A DNA stretch of 64,000 nucleotides from Botryllus schlosseri (Eukaryota), in the NCBI GenBank assembly GCA_051294905.1, contig CM119379.1, forward strand, positions 20,274,001-20,338,000. Direction: 5' to 3'. Both the position numbers and the translations under genes were made by a program. Each line of letters begins with the position of its first letter. Position 1 is the first letter of the stretch. The notes beneath the pieces were generated by a model. The model had not been told where the DNA came from, did not search any database, and worked only from the letters and a program-made list of their open reading frames with translations. Below, one piece after another: positions 28,501 to 40,300 of the stretch.

Positions 28501-31500
28501 GCATTGTACTTTAATTGTCTCATGCTACAGCTATGCCTTTCGTCTTCCAGTGTCAGCAAGTTTCTCGGGCCCTACGTCACAATGGTTGGGAAAATGATGG
28601 TTGATTTGGCAACGTTCATTATCCTTCTAGCCGTTGTACTTGTTAGTTTCGGCATTACACGACAGGTACTACTACCACAATTGCTGGTAACTATTGTAAT
28701 TCAGTGATTTCCTTCATATTTGTTTTTGGAAGGCTATACTTCATCCGAACGAATCGCCCAGCTGGATGTTACTGAAGAATGTGGTTTTGGAGCCGTATTT
28801 CATGTTGTACGGGGAGGTTTATGCTACGACCATTGACCGTAAGTCTAGTGCTAAGAATGTAGGTTTTCTAGTGATCTGGTTGATTCTAGGACTAGGTATG
28901 TGTTTGAAAATTGTTGAATTCAACTCACAATGTCAGTCTATGATTTCAACGCAATTCTGAGTAGCAACGTTCTTTTGACTTTGTGATGTATCAGATGTAT
29001 CATATTGCCAACGGGGTGTACTCTGGCCTTTACGTCGACCATATAGGACCCTGTAGCCCCCCCAACCTGTGACCCCCAACCATCCTGCTAAACTTACGGT
29101 TCTGATAACATTGTCGATTTAATGCTTCGGAAATGAAGTGTGGGTTGTTTCGTTAATTTCAGCCTGCAGCGAGGATAACGAAGATGCGTTATGCGTCGTC
29201 GGTTCTTGGATTGTGCCTACAGCCATGACGCTCTACCTCCTAGTAGCTAATATACTGCTGCTGAACATGCTGATTGCCGTATTCAAGTAGGTTACGACGA
29301 TAACGATGCATCGGAAATTTGAATGTCATCCGGGTTCTTTGCTCATTTAGCAACACTTTCACCAAAGTTAAAAACATTTCTGACAAGATCTGGAAGTTTC
29401 ACCGTTACGGGATGATCGTGGAGTACGAGTTTCGGCCCATGCTGCCGCCGCCCTTAATTGTGCTCAATTACGTTCCGATGATGTTCCGGCAGTTTTTCAA
29501 GAAGCGAAAGAACGCGATATTCAATTCGGACAGGGGACTCAGTGTGTTCAATTTTGTTATTTACTTCTATATATCTTTTCTGACGATTGTTTAAATTCTT
29601 TAGAGCTCTTTCTGGACGACGACGACGTTGAAAAGCTTCACGATTTCGAGGAGGACTGTTTGGACGACCTGTTCCGGAGGAAAGTTCGCGACGTGCAAAA
29701 CAAGGACTCCGGGGCCAATTTTCAGCTTATGTCTTCCAACTGGTTGGAGAGATTCAACGATTACGCCAACGAGTCTGCCGAAGTGAACGCGGTCATCACG
29801 TCGCAATTGCAATCTCTGGAGGAACGGCTTGAAGCTTTGGAAGAGTCGAACCGCAAGGTGGTGTCGATATTCGTTATCGTTTGTGTGACAGTGTCGGAGA
29901 TTTATATTCTGCAGATCATACGTATGCTGCCGAGTTTCTCTGGGTCTACGGCGCGTAACAGCAATCATTCCAATTCCGAGCCAACGTCTGATGAAGCTGG
30001 TAGGAATGAAATCACGTTATTGTGCTATTGGGAGTTATATATATAATGCATGTTGTATAATATTGCTATTACAATTGAATAACATATCCATATGGAAATA
30101 AACCCGACTGATGCTAGTCGGGGGCAATCGTCTGCAACGAGTAAACATTTCTAAAGAACTGTGTGTATAAACTAGAGTTACCATACATCCTCTTTTAAGA
30201 GGATTTGTCCTCTTTTTTTTTTACTTTTTGAAAGTGTCCTCTGGGACGCCTGAATTTGTCCTCTTTTTGAGAATTTTGGTTGAATGTACGTGGAAATTGG
30301 ACTGAGATATAGGAAATCAGCGGCCAAGCAACTCTGCGACGTGATTTCCCGGACTTGAGCCAGAAAAATGACCTTTTTTTCTAGTCAACCGATCGCAAAG
30401 TCGGAAAAATTTACCGTTTTTCCCGGATTTTACTCCAGTATTGTAACGTAGTATTGTAATTTCATCCGCCCTGCACATACTTGTCTGGTCTACTCTCTCA
30501 CTGATCCAAGCCATGGCAAACTTTTCAGCTTGTTGATGTTATATCTGTCAGATTTAGGGTGCATGAAAAATCGAATGAGATTCCGTCTCGGCCGCATACG
30601 TCAGGATTCGGAAATGAGTACGTTCAGTGACTGGAACCCGTCAAACGGTATCCTTCAAAGGTAGAGCGTTAACCGTATTGAAATTTTAGACTTTTACGAG
30701 GCACATTTATGTTTCTCAGGCTGAAAAGCGTAACCGCGAAAAGGCGGGAACGCCACGCTTCTGAGCATCATTCTAAGGACACCAGCACTTATGATCATAC
30801 AATACGTAAAACAAGCTCTACAGGTAAATTTTGTCAATGCTGATTGCACATTGTACAATGTACATGTACAATGGTACATCCACTTTTCGCAGGCAATTTG
30901 AGAGGCTCGAAGCAAAATCTCGCCACCGAAGGCCGTAGTACGACGACGCTAGCCACCGTTTCGAGTCATACGGCATGCAGTCTACGTACGCTGAGCAGAT
31001 TGTTTATAGACCCTGAAGAAAAGGCCATGTCATGTCAGGTATGCGTGAATCATAGTTTAACTGAACTGTGAAAGCAGGTGTTACACTTGCTTATGCTGAA
31101 CTTGCCACAGATTTTTCAAGATTTTGGCCACGAACCCCAAAATATTTACGAATTTATATTATGTAACGAGACGTATGGGTGTCATAAAGGATAAAGGAAT
31201 TTATTATTTCATTTCACTTCAATGGGCATTCGTGAATCGTAACCAGGAGTCCACTACATTTAAGAGATTCACTTTTTTGCTTTGATTCAGGACTTGCAAT
31301 CCACGAAAGGAAACAAGATACGGGAACATCGCGGATGTCGTTTGGACGACGTTGCTGTGTCTGGGAGTGAATTTTTCCCGTCCGATTTTGTCGATGAAAA
31401 TACGCCGGGAGAAATCAGGTTGGTGATCCCACAGATTGCATCTGAGGCCTTGCCGTTTTTTATTTTTTTTTGTAAGCTGTTGTGTTTTCTTTCAACTGGC

Positions 31501-34500
31501 GCCTGCGGATATCTTGTCGGTATGATTTTGCTGCAAAGGTTGTCAAAGTAGTCGTCGTTGGTGCTCCTGTAGAAGTAGATTGTTAATTTATACTCGAGTG
31601 CAGGTAGGAATGTTTCCAAGACATGTCGATGCTACTGAGAGTAGAAAAGGATGATTTTCAGTTTGCTCTCAGAGATGGTCAATGTAGTCAACGTTGGTGC
31701 TCGTGTAGAAGTAGATGTAGTGATTTCCAAGTAAGTCATTATGCAAGTAATAAGGCCTAGTTTTTGCTGGAAAACTGTTTAGAAGTGGTCTAAAATCAGA
31801 ACCACTTTAGTAAGCAGTGCAAGTAGGCAAAACATACTTGTGTACACACCTGTCTACATGTAACTGCTCTTTCAAGGCACAATCCGTCTTCCATCGGGAA
31901 ACAGCAATGCACCAGCATGAACTACAACAGCGACACTTCCACGTCGAGTGGGAGTGAAACTGAAGTGTCGACAGTTTCACGCAGAAAACCGTTTGTGCAG
32001 CGATCCGCGAAACGCAGACGGGCCGCTTCAGATCTGCCCTCCTTGCTGATCAATAGTCAGAAGAGTTCGTTTGATTATGACGTCGATTCTAACCAATTGA
32101 CGCCGATTCAGGACGAAAGTCCCCTGTCGACAAGGATACAACGAAAGTTTACAAGAGGTGATACTCAAGGATGTTAGGGTGTAATTAAAAAAAGAATTAG
32201 CGGTTAACGTTTTTCCATTTCACCCAATTTCATAAGCCTGGCATCGGGAGATTCCGATAAAGCTGCGTGTTATCTTTGCTTTTTGAGATATCACTATTTC
32301 AATATTTGCTTCATCAGCAATCTACAATTGTATTGAGAATTTTGAGATACTTACAAGCTTAATTTAAGATATAATGTCGGTGTCGGATCTGCAACCATAT
32401 GTTCATGTACTCAAGCTTGACAATTATAAACAAATGACCGTATTTTTAGAATGTCCTGTTAGAATCTTTGTTCACTAATATTTTAAACCAACTGGGCAAA
32501 TTTCTCTTTTCTTGAAAACCATACTGAATTTCAGTACTCATCTGAACTAGAACTGTTTAGGCTGGTAATATTTCGTTTTCTAAATTGTCAATTTTGCTGA
32601 AATTATATTCCAGGTCACAACTCCTTTCCTTTACTCAATTTGGCATTGGAAAGCTCTGTGGATAAAATTGCTATGGAGTCATCTACACGAAAAGCTCATA
32701 CCCCCGTCGGTACAATTAGCAATTCTTTTAAAAGTGAGTAGGGTATTGTAATTGAAGTCGGTCTGGAAAATTATTGCTAGTAACCGGGAATATTGGTATT
32801 TTTCAGACTCTGCTTTTGCCAGAAGCCAGACACCTTTGTCTCTAGTGTCACCGGTTGGGTTTTCGATGAATCAGTCCCAATACAAAAGTGTAACCGACTG
32901 TATTGACACGTCAAAATGGCATGATGTGAATACTGCAACTACGCGGCCGCCTTCGACCCCGTTTGAAAACTGGTGGAACAAGGTATTGTCTTCTTTAAAT
33001 GATCATAATTGTCATACTGCTCTTGGTGTCACATTGCAAGTGATTGTTTTCTTCAATACTTTGATTATCCTCCAATGATAGAAGACTTATTGACCACTGA
33101 GATATGCAGCACATTTCATATTCATAATGACATTCTGCGATCATTCACTATATCCCAGGGGTGGGCAAACTTTTGAGCTCGCGGGCCGCATTCAACATCT
33201 GAATCCATTCGCGGGCCGCACTATATAAAATTGGGACTATAAACCAAAACGCAATATTGGTATTTGATTATATAGTGAGGACACGGAGATAATATATATG
33301 CTTATTTACAACAATCCACACATTGCTTTGATGATATCGTACAAGACTCAGAAACAGTGGCGAGATTTCATAGGCTGGTCGGCCTCAATAACCAATTTGT
33401 CAAAACTATAGCGATGAAAGTCGATTGTCTCGATTCTTAAAACAGGATTGAAAGTTAAATCTCAGAGCAGCGATCTGTTCAAAGATTTACTAATTCAACT
33501 TTTGGTTCAGTTCCAGGACACACAATGCTGACAGCATCATAACCATGTTAGCTTCAAACACGCTACTACTATGTGTAGATAAAATATAAATATCCTAATT
33601 CTATGCATACATACAACGAATCTACCTAAGACACGCGCGAATCGTTTGTATAAGCACATCACTGACATAATTAAAACTGGAGTGGCCAATCTGAAATCAC
33701 ACTCGTGATTCGAATTATGTCAATCTCGTTTAGGATTTCTGTCATGTTTAGCAGATGAAACCTTTCAAACTATGTGGGCTGATGGTTTGATGGCATGGAA
33801 GATTACGACTGTGGATGAGAGATTTTTAAATATGAAATTCAGACTAAATAATTCTGAATAGGATGTAAATCGCACGAAGCGCGAAAAAAATTTTCAGTTA
33901 AGCTCAGCTTCGGGCCCCTGACTTAGAATTATCATGGTGAAATAGGTTAAGAAAAAGTTTAATCAAGTGTCTGCTTTAATCCGATATTTAGTACGCATTT
34001 TATCAATATTTTTAATAAGTTTCTTTATACTCTCGCGGGCCGCACAGAACAGTGTGGCGGCTCGCGGGCCGTAGTTTGCCCACCCCTGATATATCCAATC
34101 GCTTCACAATCTTCTTCAAATTGTGAAATTTACGAAAGTTACTTGAACCATGAAAATATGATGGCCATATTGTAGAATCTGGGTATTATATATGTTCTAG
34201 TTCCCTCACTTGCCCAGGCCAGTTTTGTACCTGCCAAGTTCAGTAATCCCCTGATTTCAAATATTCCCCGATTTACATCTGTTATCGCAGTAACTTCACG
34301 ATATTACGTCGATTGAACCCCACCTACTTTTAATTGCCATTGGCTGAAAATGTAGTAACCAGGCAGTTTTTATATTTACCCTCACAGGCTCACTGAATGA
34401 GGGACAATAACTGGCCAAGTTTGACTTCCTCGATCTCTTAAATTGCGTAATATTCAGCCATTTGTGACATATTCATATTTTCGACGAACAGCCTCCGAAT

Positions 34501-35367
34501 TTCATGTCAAGCCAGCCATCGAAACAGCAAGCAATACAGGAACGGCTATCACACGACGAATGGGATGGGGAAATGTGCGTTTCTTGCATTTTGTTTACGT
34601 TTTGTGACGAGTCTTGATCAGTTTCATCTTGCCAGAACCGAGTCCTCCAAACCTCGGAAAGCGAAACGACACCGCCGGACAAGTGCGATGTCCAACAACA
34701 GTTCGTCTTCCATGAAATCAATGTCTTCCGCACTGGGACAATCCGGGCCGCGTAAACATAGACACAGAAGGAAAAAGAGGAAAAATCCAAAAGCGGCCAC
34801 TGAAGTATGATGATGCGTTAGTGAATGTGAAATCACGTGGTGATAGAAACTCGAAACGACTGACTATTTCCACGACTTTACAGGGATGTGATTGGAAATG
34901 CGAGTGAACGGAGGTGTTTCGAGTAGTTGCAACGCTTGTAGCGCAGTAATATTCTAATTCAGTGCAAGTAGATATAGACCTTAGTTAACCTCTCGCAGTC
35001 TGTGAATTATGTCTGTCAAGAGTTGACTAGCCACGTGTGAATGCGCTTCTAGAAAATGAGGCAAAATAGTGTTAGCATTATGTAGATTGATTTATATAGT
35101 TCATGGGTTAATGTTCTGGCAGCTCAGTCGGCTCTAACTTGCTGTATTATTTATCTGAACCAGCTGGGAATTTTGGAAGAGACAACGCACCCTTCTCTGA
35201 GATTGCCTACTACTACTACTGATGCTGTGTTTGCCGTATCGCCTACCACTTCCAACGCGTCTTCTACGCGAGACTTGAATATCAACAACAGCAGTAACTT
35301 CAATCCACCACCGCCAGAAAAGTACGTAGAGGCAATAATCAAACTCTCACGCGATTGCAGTTTTTAA
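16548..35367 (+). CDS. TRPM3: TRPM1/3/6/7-class transient receptor potential melastatin channel, ~30 exons, no alpha-kinase or NUDT9H domain
   Basis: Phase-consistent exons give: [34 protein letters not shown] (17870-17978), [15 protein letters not shown] (19361-19500), [109 protein letters not shown] (25593-25821), [23 protein letters not shown] (S4), [22 protein letters not shown] (pore), [20 protein letters not shown] (S6), WKFHRY and LPPPL (TRP box), coiled coil, long tail, stop at 35367. Symbol is the nearest recalled match; probably co-orthologous to TRPM1/3/6/7. Confidence 0.95.
18398..18824. mobile_element. Fold-back MITE with TTAA flanks (Kolobok-like)
   Basis: Near-perfect ~50-bp TIR, AGGGGCACTGCACTCTAAAAATG..TCTCAAATTGAAGGGC and its reverse complement. 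TTAA at 18394-18397 and 18825-18828. Inner IR TTTGTCAGCCAAT / ATTGGCTGACAA. Confidence 0.75.
24582..24648. repeat. Tandem duplication of a ~36-bp unit
   Basis: GGGATTCTTGAGGCTGC(T/C)TATTGGTATCC occurs twice in tandem. Confidence 0.8.
26281..26697. mobile_element. GAGTC/GACTC-rich MITE; reverse-oriented relative at ~39260-39570
   Basis: Ends CTGGGTTGTAA / TTACAACCCGG with many CGAGTC/AAGTC motifs. 39540-39571 (TTGTGACTCGGAGCCTTGTGACTTGGTTACCACCCTG) is the reverse complement of the 26281-26320 start. Confidence 0.55.
28161..28203 (+). ncRNA. Minimal type I hammerhead ribozyme-like motif (Penelope-like element remnant) in a TRPM intron
   Basis: TTATCAC-CTGATGA-A-GGAGC-AGA-GCTCC-GAA-AGCT-C-GTGTAA. 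Core CUGAUGA and GAAA, 5-bp stem II, palindromic AGCU in place of stem III, UC cleavage site, stem I CAC/GUG plus UUA/UAA, then AATAAA at 28208-28213. Confidence 0.7.
30173..30440. mobile_element. Partial TAGGGTTACCA-family hAT MITE
   Basis: Starts TAGAGTTACCATAC, has TGTCCTC subterminal repeats and the GACCTTTTTTTCTAGTCAAC core, as in 48248-48608. Far end not found. Confidence 0.6.
33156..34088. mobile_element. hAT (Charlie-like) non-autonomous element, 933 bp
   Basis: 16-bp TIR CAGGGGTGGGCAAACT / AGTTTGCCCACCCCTG, subterminal CGCGGGCCGC repeats, 8-bp TSD CTATATCC / ATATATCC (7 of 8). Confidence 0.9.
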
Positions 35368-35509
35368 ACGATTACGATTTTTACTAGTTACTCGATCTTT
35401 TTACCTCAGTTGGATGTAGGCTTTCTGATGCTATTTAGCAACGCGATGACTAGTTTTACTACATATTCTCTGCTGAAAATTTTGATTACTGTACGTGAAA
35501 CCAGGCTAT

Positions 35510-35830
35510 CTGACAGTCATCGAGCATGCCCAGCACATTCAAGTCAAAATGCAAACAAGTTCTACTGAATCAATACCAGTTAGCCCTCTGGTTTACCAGA
35601 CCACGACCTGACATATCTATCTCGCCTTCCGACACATGCCACCTTTTTTTGTCAACTGTCCTTTTATATTGTCCTCTTCTACTTTTCATTCAGTGTGCAT
35701 GCCTCCTTTTTTACATCGCCTAGGCCAGGTGGGTGTCTGATTTCTTAAAATCGTTTCGACACCTTATCTTTCATTGTATCGCAGTCTTGCGGTTTATTGA
35801 AATGATGAAATTGTTGAATTGAAACTCTCC
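35510..35830 (+). mobile_element. Diverged 3' fragment (ORF end plus 3' UTR) of the CR1/L2-group LINE, just downstream of the TRPM stop
   Basis: Aligns by eye with 53245-53560: GACAGTCATCGAGCATG..CACATTCAAGTC, CCACGAC, TTTCATTCAGTGTGCATGCCTCC, CGCCTAGGCCA-GGTGGGTGTC, TTCATTGTATCGCA. Confidence 0.8.
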
Positions 35831-36801
35831 TGACCTTGTTGTGGGTGTAACTGGGATAAGTAAGTCTAAATATAATGAGGTATATTATAAATGTCCTAAA
35901 TCCTGTTACTTCTTTTCAGCGCTAAATGTGATGATCAGGAATCTTTTTTTGCACGCTACGCATCAATACTCGAGAAGAACCAGCGAGGTCGAGAGAGTGA
36001 GGCTCCAAACTTCGTTCATGATAACCCAGAGGGCCAACCTTTACTTGATACACGGATTTGATGCTTGCTTCGCTTGCAATGATACTCTCAAGACCTCAAA
36101 ACTAGTTCATGCCTCAAGTCGATGAATATCGATCACCATGTATATAGGTTTCCGTCATAGCTGCCGTCTGTAAATATCACCCGAACCTTGCATTATCACA
36201 CTGCCACTGAAAGTGTGCTGTAGATCTTCCACTATTTAAAGTATTGTGATGATGATTTTATTGTAGTGATGTGTCAGTATGCTTCCTATACTTGAACACG
36301 GTTGTATTTTTCCAAAGGGAAGTGGAGTCTTGTGTTATTCTTTATACAGTATTGCTGAGTGTCTGGTTAACGACTGAATATTTATGTGTCTGTTCATGAA
36401 TTCACTGTCATTTTACTTCTCGCTGCCTACAACTGATCATTTGTTAATGTACTTGTCTGGTACTTGAATGTCAATTACGCTTTGTCCTGTTTGAACTGGC
36501 ACTGTTTAAAGGCTTGAATACACATACACATACTTGTGAGGAAAGTGAGGCTGATTAAACGTGGCTGGTGAAGACTTAATGCAAAGGTGTGCAACCTCTG
36601 GTAGTGAGAATGTATGCAGCAGGTAGCTCTGGATGAAAACGAATACAGGCAAGCAGCAGTTAATGAACGCTCTACTTCAGTCCATACCCGAACACCTGAC
36701 CTTTCTGGGGACGATATGTGGATATTTAACGGAGTAATATGAACAATACAGTAAAGACTAGGAACCGTCACTATTGACGAAATGTACGATACCATGGATG
36801 A

Positions 36802-37089
36802 TAGGGTCACTATACGTCGTACTGATTCAGGGTTTTGAAAACGTCCTCCGAGGGCGCCTTAATGTCTTCTTTTACGGCTAAGATAATGGAGAGACTCGAG
36901 TGAAAACGGGCATGAATGACGCTAAATAGGAAATACGTAGTTCAATTTAAGTTGACGACCCTTCCTTTTAGTCAACTCACCAAATTTTACAGCTAAAATA
37001 ACGAAATCGGCCGTTTTCAGTTTTCATCAACTAACTTTTTGGATTTGGTAGAAGTGTCCTCCGCCCTATTCCAAAATATCGTAACCCTA
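36802..37089. mobile_element. Old TAGGGT(T/C)AC-family hAT MITE between the TRPM and SNAPC3 3' ends
   Basis: Ends TAGGGTCACTA / GTAACCCTA. Possible TSD ATGGATGA / GTGTATGA (6 of 8). GTTGAC..TTTTAGTCAAC core and AAGTGTCCTC subterminal motif. Confidence 0.55.
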
Positions 37090-37378
37090 GTGTATGAGGT
37101 CTAGCACCAATACGAACCTTCATAACTAATCGATTGGACTGCTAGATCAGCAATATTTGCCGTTTCAAATTGCGCAATTGTATTGATCCACCCTGGATAC
37201 AACCTCGCCTTCGGAAATTGAACGCCAAATGCGTAAAATATTCCATCAAAAACGGCCCCCTATCAGCTAGTTCGCGAACTCCTGGCTTCTGCGCACTCAT
37301 AACACAACTTACGTCGTCGCTGTTGTCATAATAAATAATGGCAGTAAAAGGCATGTAACAGTACAGAAGGACAAGATA

Positions 37379-40300
37379 TCAGTAAAACAGCACTTCTCTT
37401 CCATTGTAAGGGAACGCTTCGAAGGATCCCGCACAGGTCCCGTCTTTGTTGTAATGCAACATTCTGAAGCAAGCATCGCAGAAGAAGGACGGATCTTCAT
37501 CAGAAAATTCGTCGTTCGTGGTCATCCATTTTGCAGTAAAAAATTCACAGACCTGTTGATATCGGGTTATTGTTAAGAAACGCACGGTGCATTTTAAGTG
37601 AATGAGAACATACTTTACAAGCCGGTGACTTCGTTTTCGACCTTGACACAGAAATTGGATAAGCCGATCTTGACATACAGTCATCGGGGTGTAGTAGCCT
37701 TGCGATAAAATGTTGATATCAGGGAAGCAATCAATTAAAAGTGGAAAACAACTCAAGAGTAGGAGCCATTGATGAAGATTTAGGGTGGCAGTAAAATTTT
37801 CCTGACGCCCAATTGCATTAATATCTAAGCATAAATTGTATTGGGAGCAGAAGCAGTCAAAGTAGTCACACGGTATTCAAGTAGAAGTAGCAATTAAAGT
37901 AGAAAGGTAAGTATTCAAGGCCTAGTTTTGCCTGAAAAACGGGACACTCTCAAGTAGAAATAGTCTTGAATCACTCGATGAAGTAGTGTAGGTTATCAAA
38001 ATCTACTTGTAGTACTTAGTTCCAGACCACCTCTGATTGAGAGCCGGAGATGAGTTTTGAGTAAGAGTCACAAGTCTGAAATTTCAGGAGTTGAGAGCAG
38101 AGTTGGAATCGCCGTTTGAAATTAGTTGGAGTCAGAGTCACAAATTTGAATCTCATCTGAATCGGTAGTGGGTTCGCATAGGAACTTTTGCAACACACCA
38201 GCCCTACTAAGAATGGGACAAAGTCTAATTATTCTCAAACCCAATAACTGCCTCTATAATTGAACCGGTTGCCATGATAATTGCACTTGGCAGTATTTCA
38301 ATCAGTGTTTAACAATGAATAAAATCTCTCAGTAGCACGGCATGAAATTACGGCAGTTCACCTGATGTCTTTGAAAACAATGATGTGTTCGCAATTGCCT
38401 TGATGAACGTAGATATAAGGGGCTCCGAGGCACAGGTGGAGGTCGTCAAAACTATAATCTTCCATGTTGACTTGCTGCAAGTTTTCTGGGAATTCCAACC
38501 CCAGTTCTTTCGCACGGTTGAGAACGGGTCTGAGAAGGATTGACGGGATTACAAGGCTACACGTTTCTGTCATAACCAAGATATCTAGCCAGTTCGACGA
38601 TATCCAAGTATGCTCTGTAACATAATATCTTGTTGTAATAGCCTAATGTATATAGATACTGATATTTCTCCTGGACCAAAGCTATGATACTGTACTACAC
38701 ACGGATACATTGGGAAACTGGACTTGCATACTTGCTCAGGTCATCCCCCGTACTTTCGGATCTGTGATCGTGATAGAACGTGTTCTGGATGAAGAAATAC
38801 CCCGCTTTGAACAAGTCCTTGCAGGTGATATCTTTCGGCAGGTCGGGATCATCCGTGAAACGTCCGATTGGTTGCTGGTCGAGAGGACACGGAATGACGT
38901 CACGCAGCTCAGTGAGATTCTACGCGAGTCGCATAAATTGCAGGTTCCGTCAGAAATACAAGGAATTAATATAAATTGTCCTATACCTGAGAACCTAGGA
39001 CTCGAAAGTTGACGGTGGTGTGCTTGAATCTGCGCAGACTTCTCGGAAAATTCACAGCCACAGTAATGATAGTTTCGGGTGGATTGATTTTATCCTTCTT
39101 ATCCTTGGCTTTTACACCGATCCATTCATCTTGCTGTTATAAGATTTAGAGTCCTTCGTACAAATTCTATACCGAAAGAAGCCTTTCACAACTCAATATC
39201 ACATTGCGGATAACTTTCGTTCCAGTGCGGAGGTGCAGGGTTTTTTCAAAATACGGAAATGACTTGACTCGAGTCAATCATATGACTCAAGAATCAGACG
39301 GCCACGACCGACATTTCATTGTAATTTTGAAAAGAAGTAAAGTAACCACGCACTTGGGATTTCATCTATTGGTACTAATACTTGAAAATGCGACCAGAAA
39401 CTGCTTAAATTGAGGAAAATTAGCATATTATAAATGCGAAGTATTCGATATCATTAAACAGGGTTATAAAAAGTGGGTTTAACAAGACTTTTACTGGAAA
39501 CTGAGCAGTCATCACAATGACTTGGACTCGGAGATTGACTTGTGACTCGGAGCCTTGTGACTTGGTTACCACCCTGTGGAGGTGACTCATTTCACAATAT
39601 TCTAGTTTCAAATAGATCATTTTAACAGGTTAGAAGAGTGACTCATAACTAGAAGGAAGCTTTAAAGTTTCTTTTTCTTGGTTAACACGAGACCGATCCC
39701 TTGTCAAGATATGAACACTCAATGAATCCACAAAACAGGTTAGAGGCTTGTATTACGCTAGCTAGATATTGTGACTCAAAATGACTTGGATTTATAAAGT
39801 GTGCAGCACCGTTTCAAACATATATGTATATCAAGGTGCCTTGAACACGGAACTTATGCCAAAAGCTGCCACGATGGCTTGAAATGGGAGAAAAACCAAA
39901 CCCACCAAATTGCAATCATAGTCCGTATACTTGCTTTTCAGGACAGTTGTCGAGAGTTTACTTTCCAATCGCACTTTGTTCAGTTGCAGCCAGTTCTGTA
40001 TCGTTTCCAATCCTGTATCGAGTGGTACTTGTCGGACATCCTCCCAATTGAGGACTTCATCGTCTCGAGGACACTTTAACCTTTCCGCGCTAAATTCGAA
40101 AGGAATGGGTCACATTAGTACATGCCCAAGTAAGCATAAACTATTAGGTTGAAAAAGAATTCTTATTAAATTCCACAGAAATGCCATACAGACTGGGTAT
40201 GGGCCCAGTATAATGCTCAATGAATTCAAGCATAAATTTTCACCACATTTAAAAATCTGAATTCTCTTTAGTCAATGACCATTGGTGAAACTGCAATCGA

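Noticed and set aside
33750-33830. Possible TRPM exon ([11 protein letters not shown]..)
   Set aside because: It lies inside the TSD-bounded hAT element, and the flanking exons join in phase without it.
30000-35367. Alpha-kinase (TRPM6/7) or NUDT9H (TRPM2) domain in the TRPM tail
   Set aside because: No such motifs in any frame inspected; the tail exons are low-complexity.
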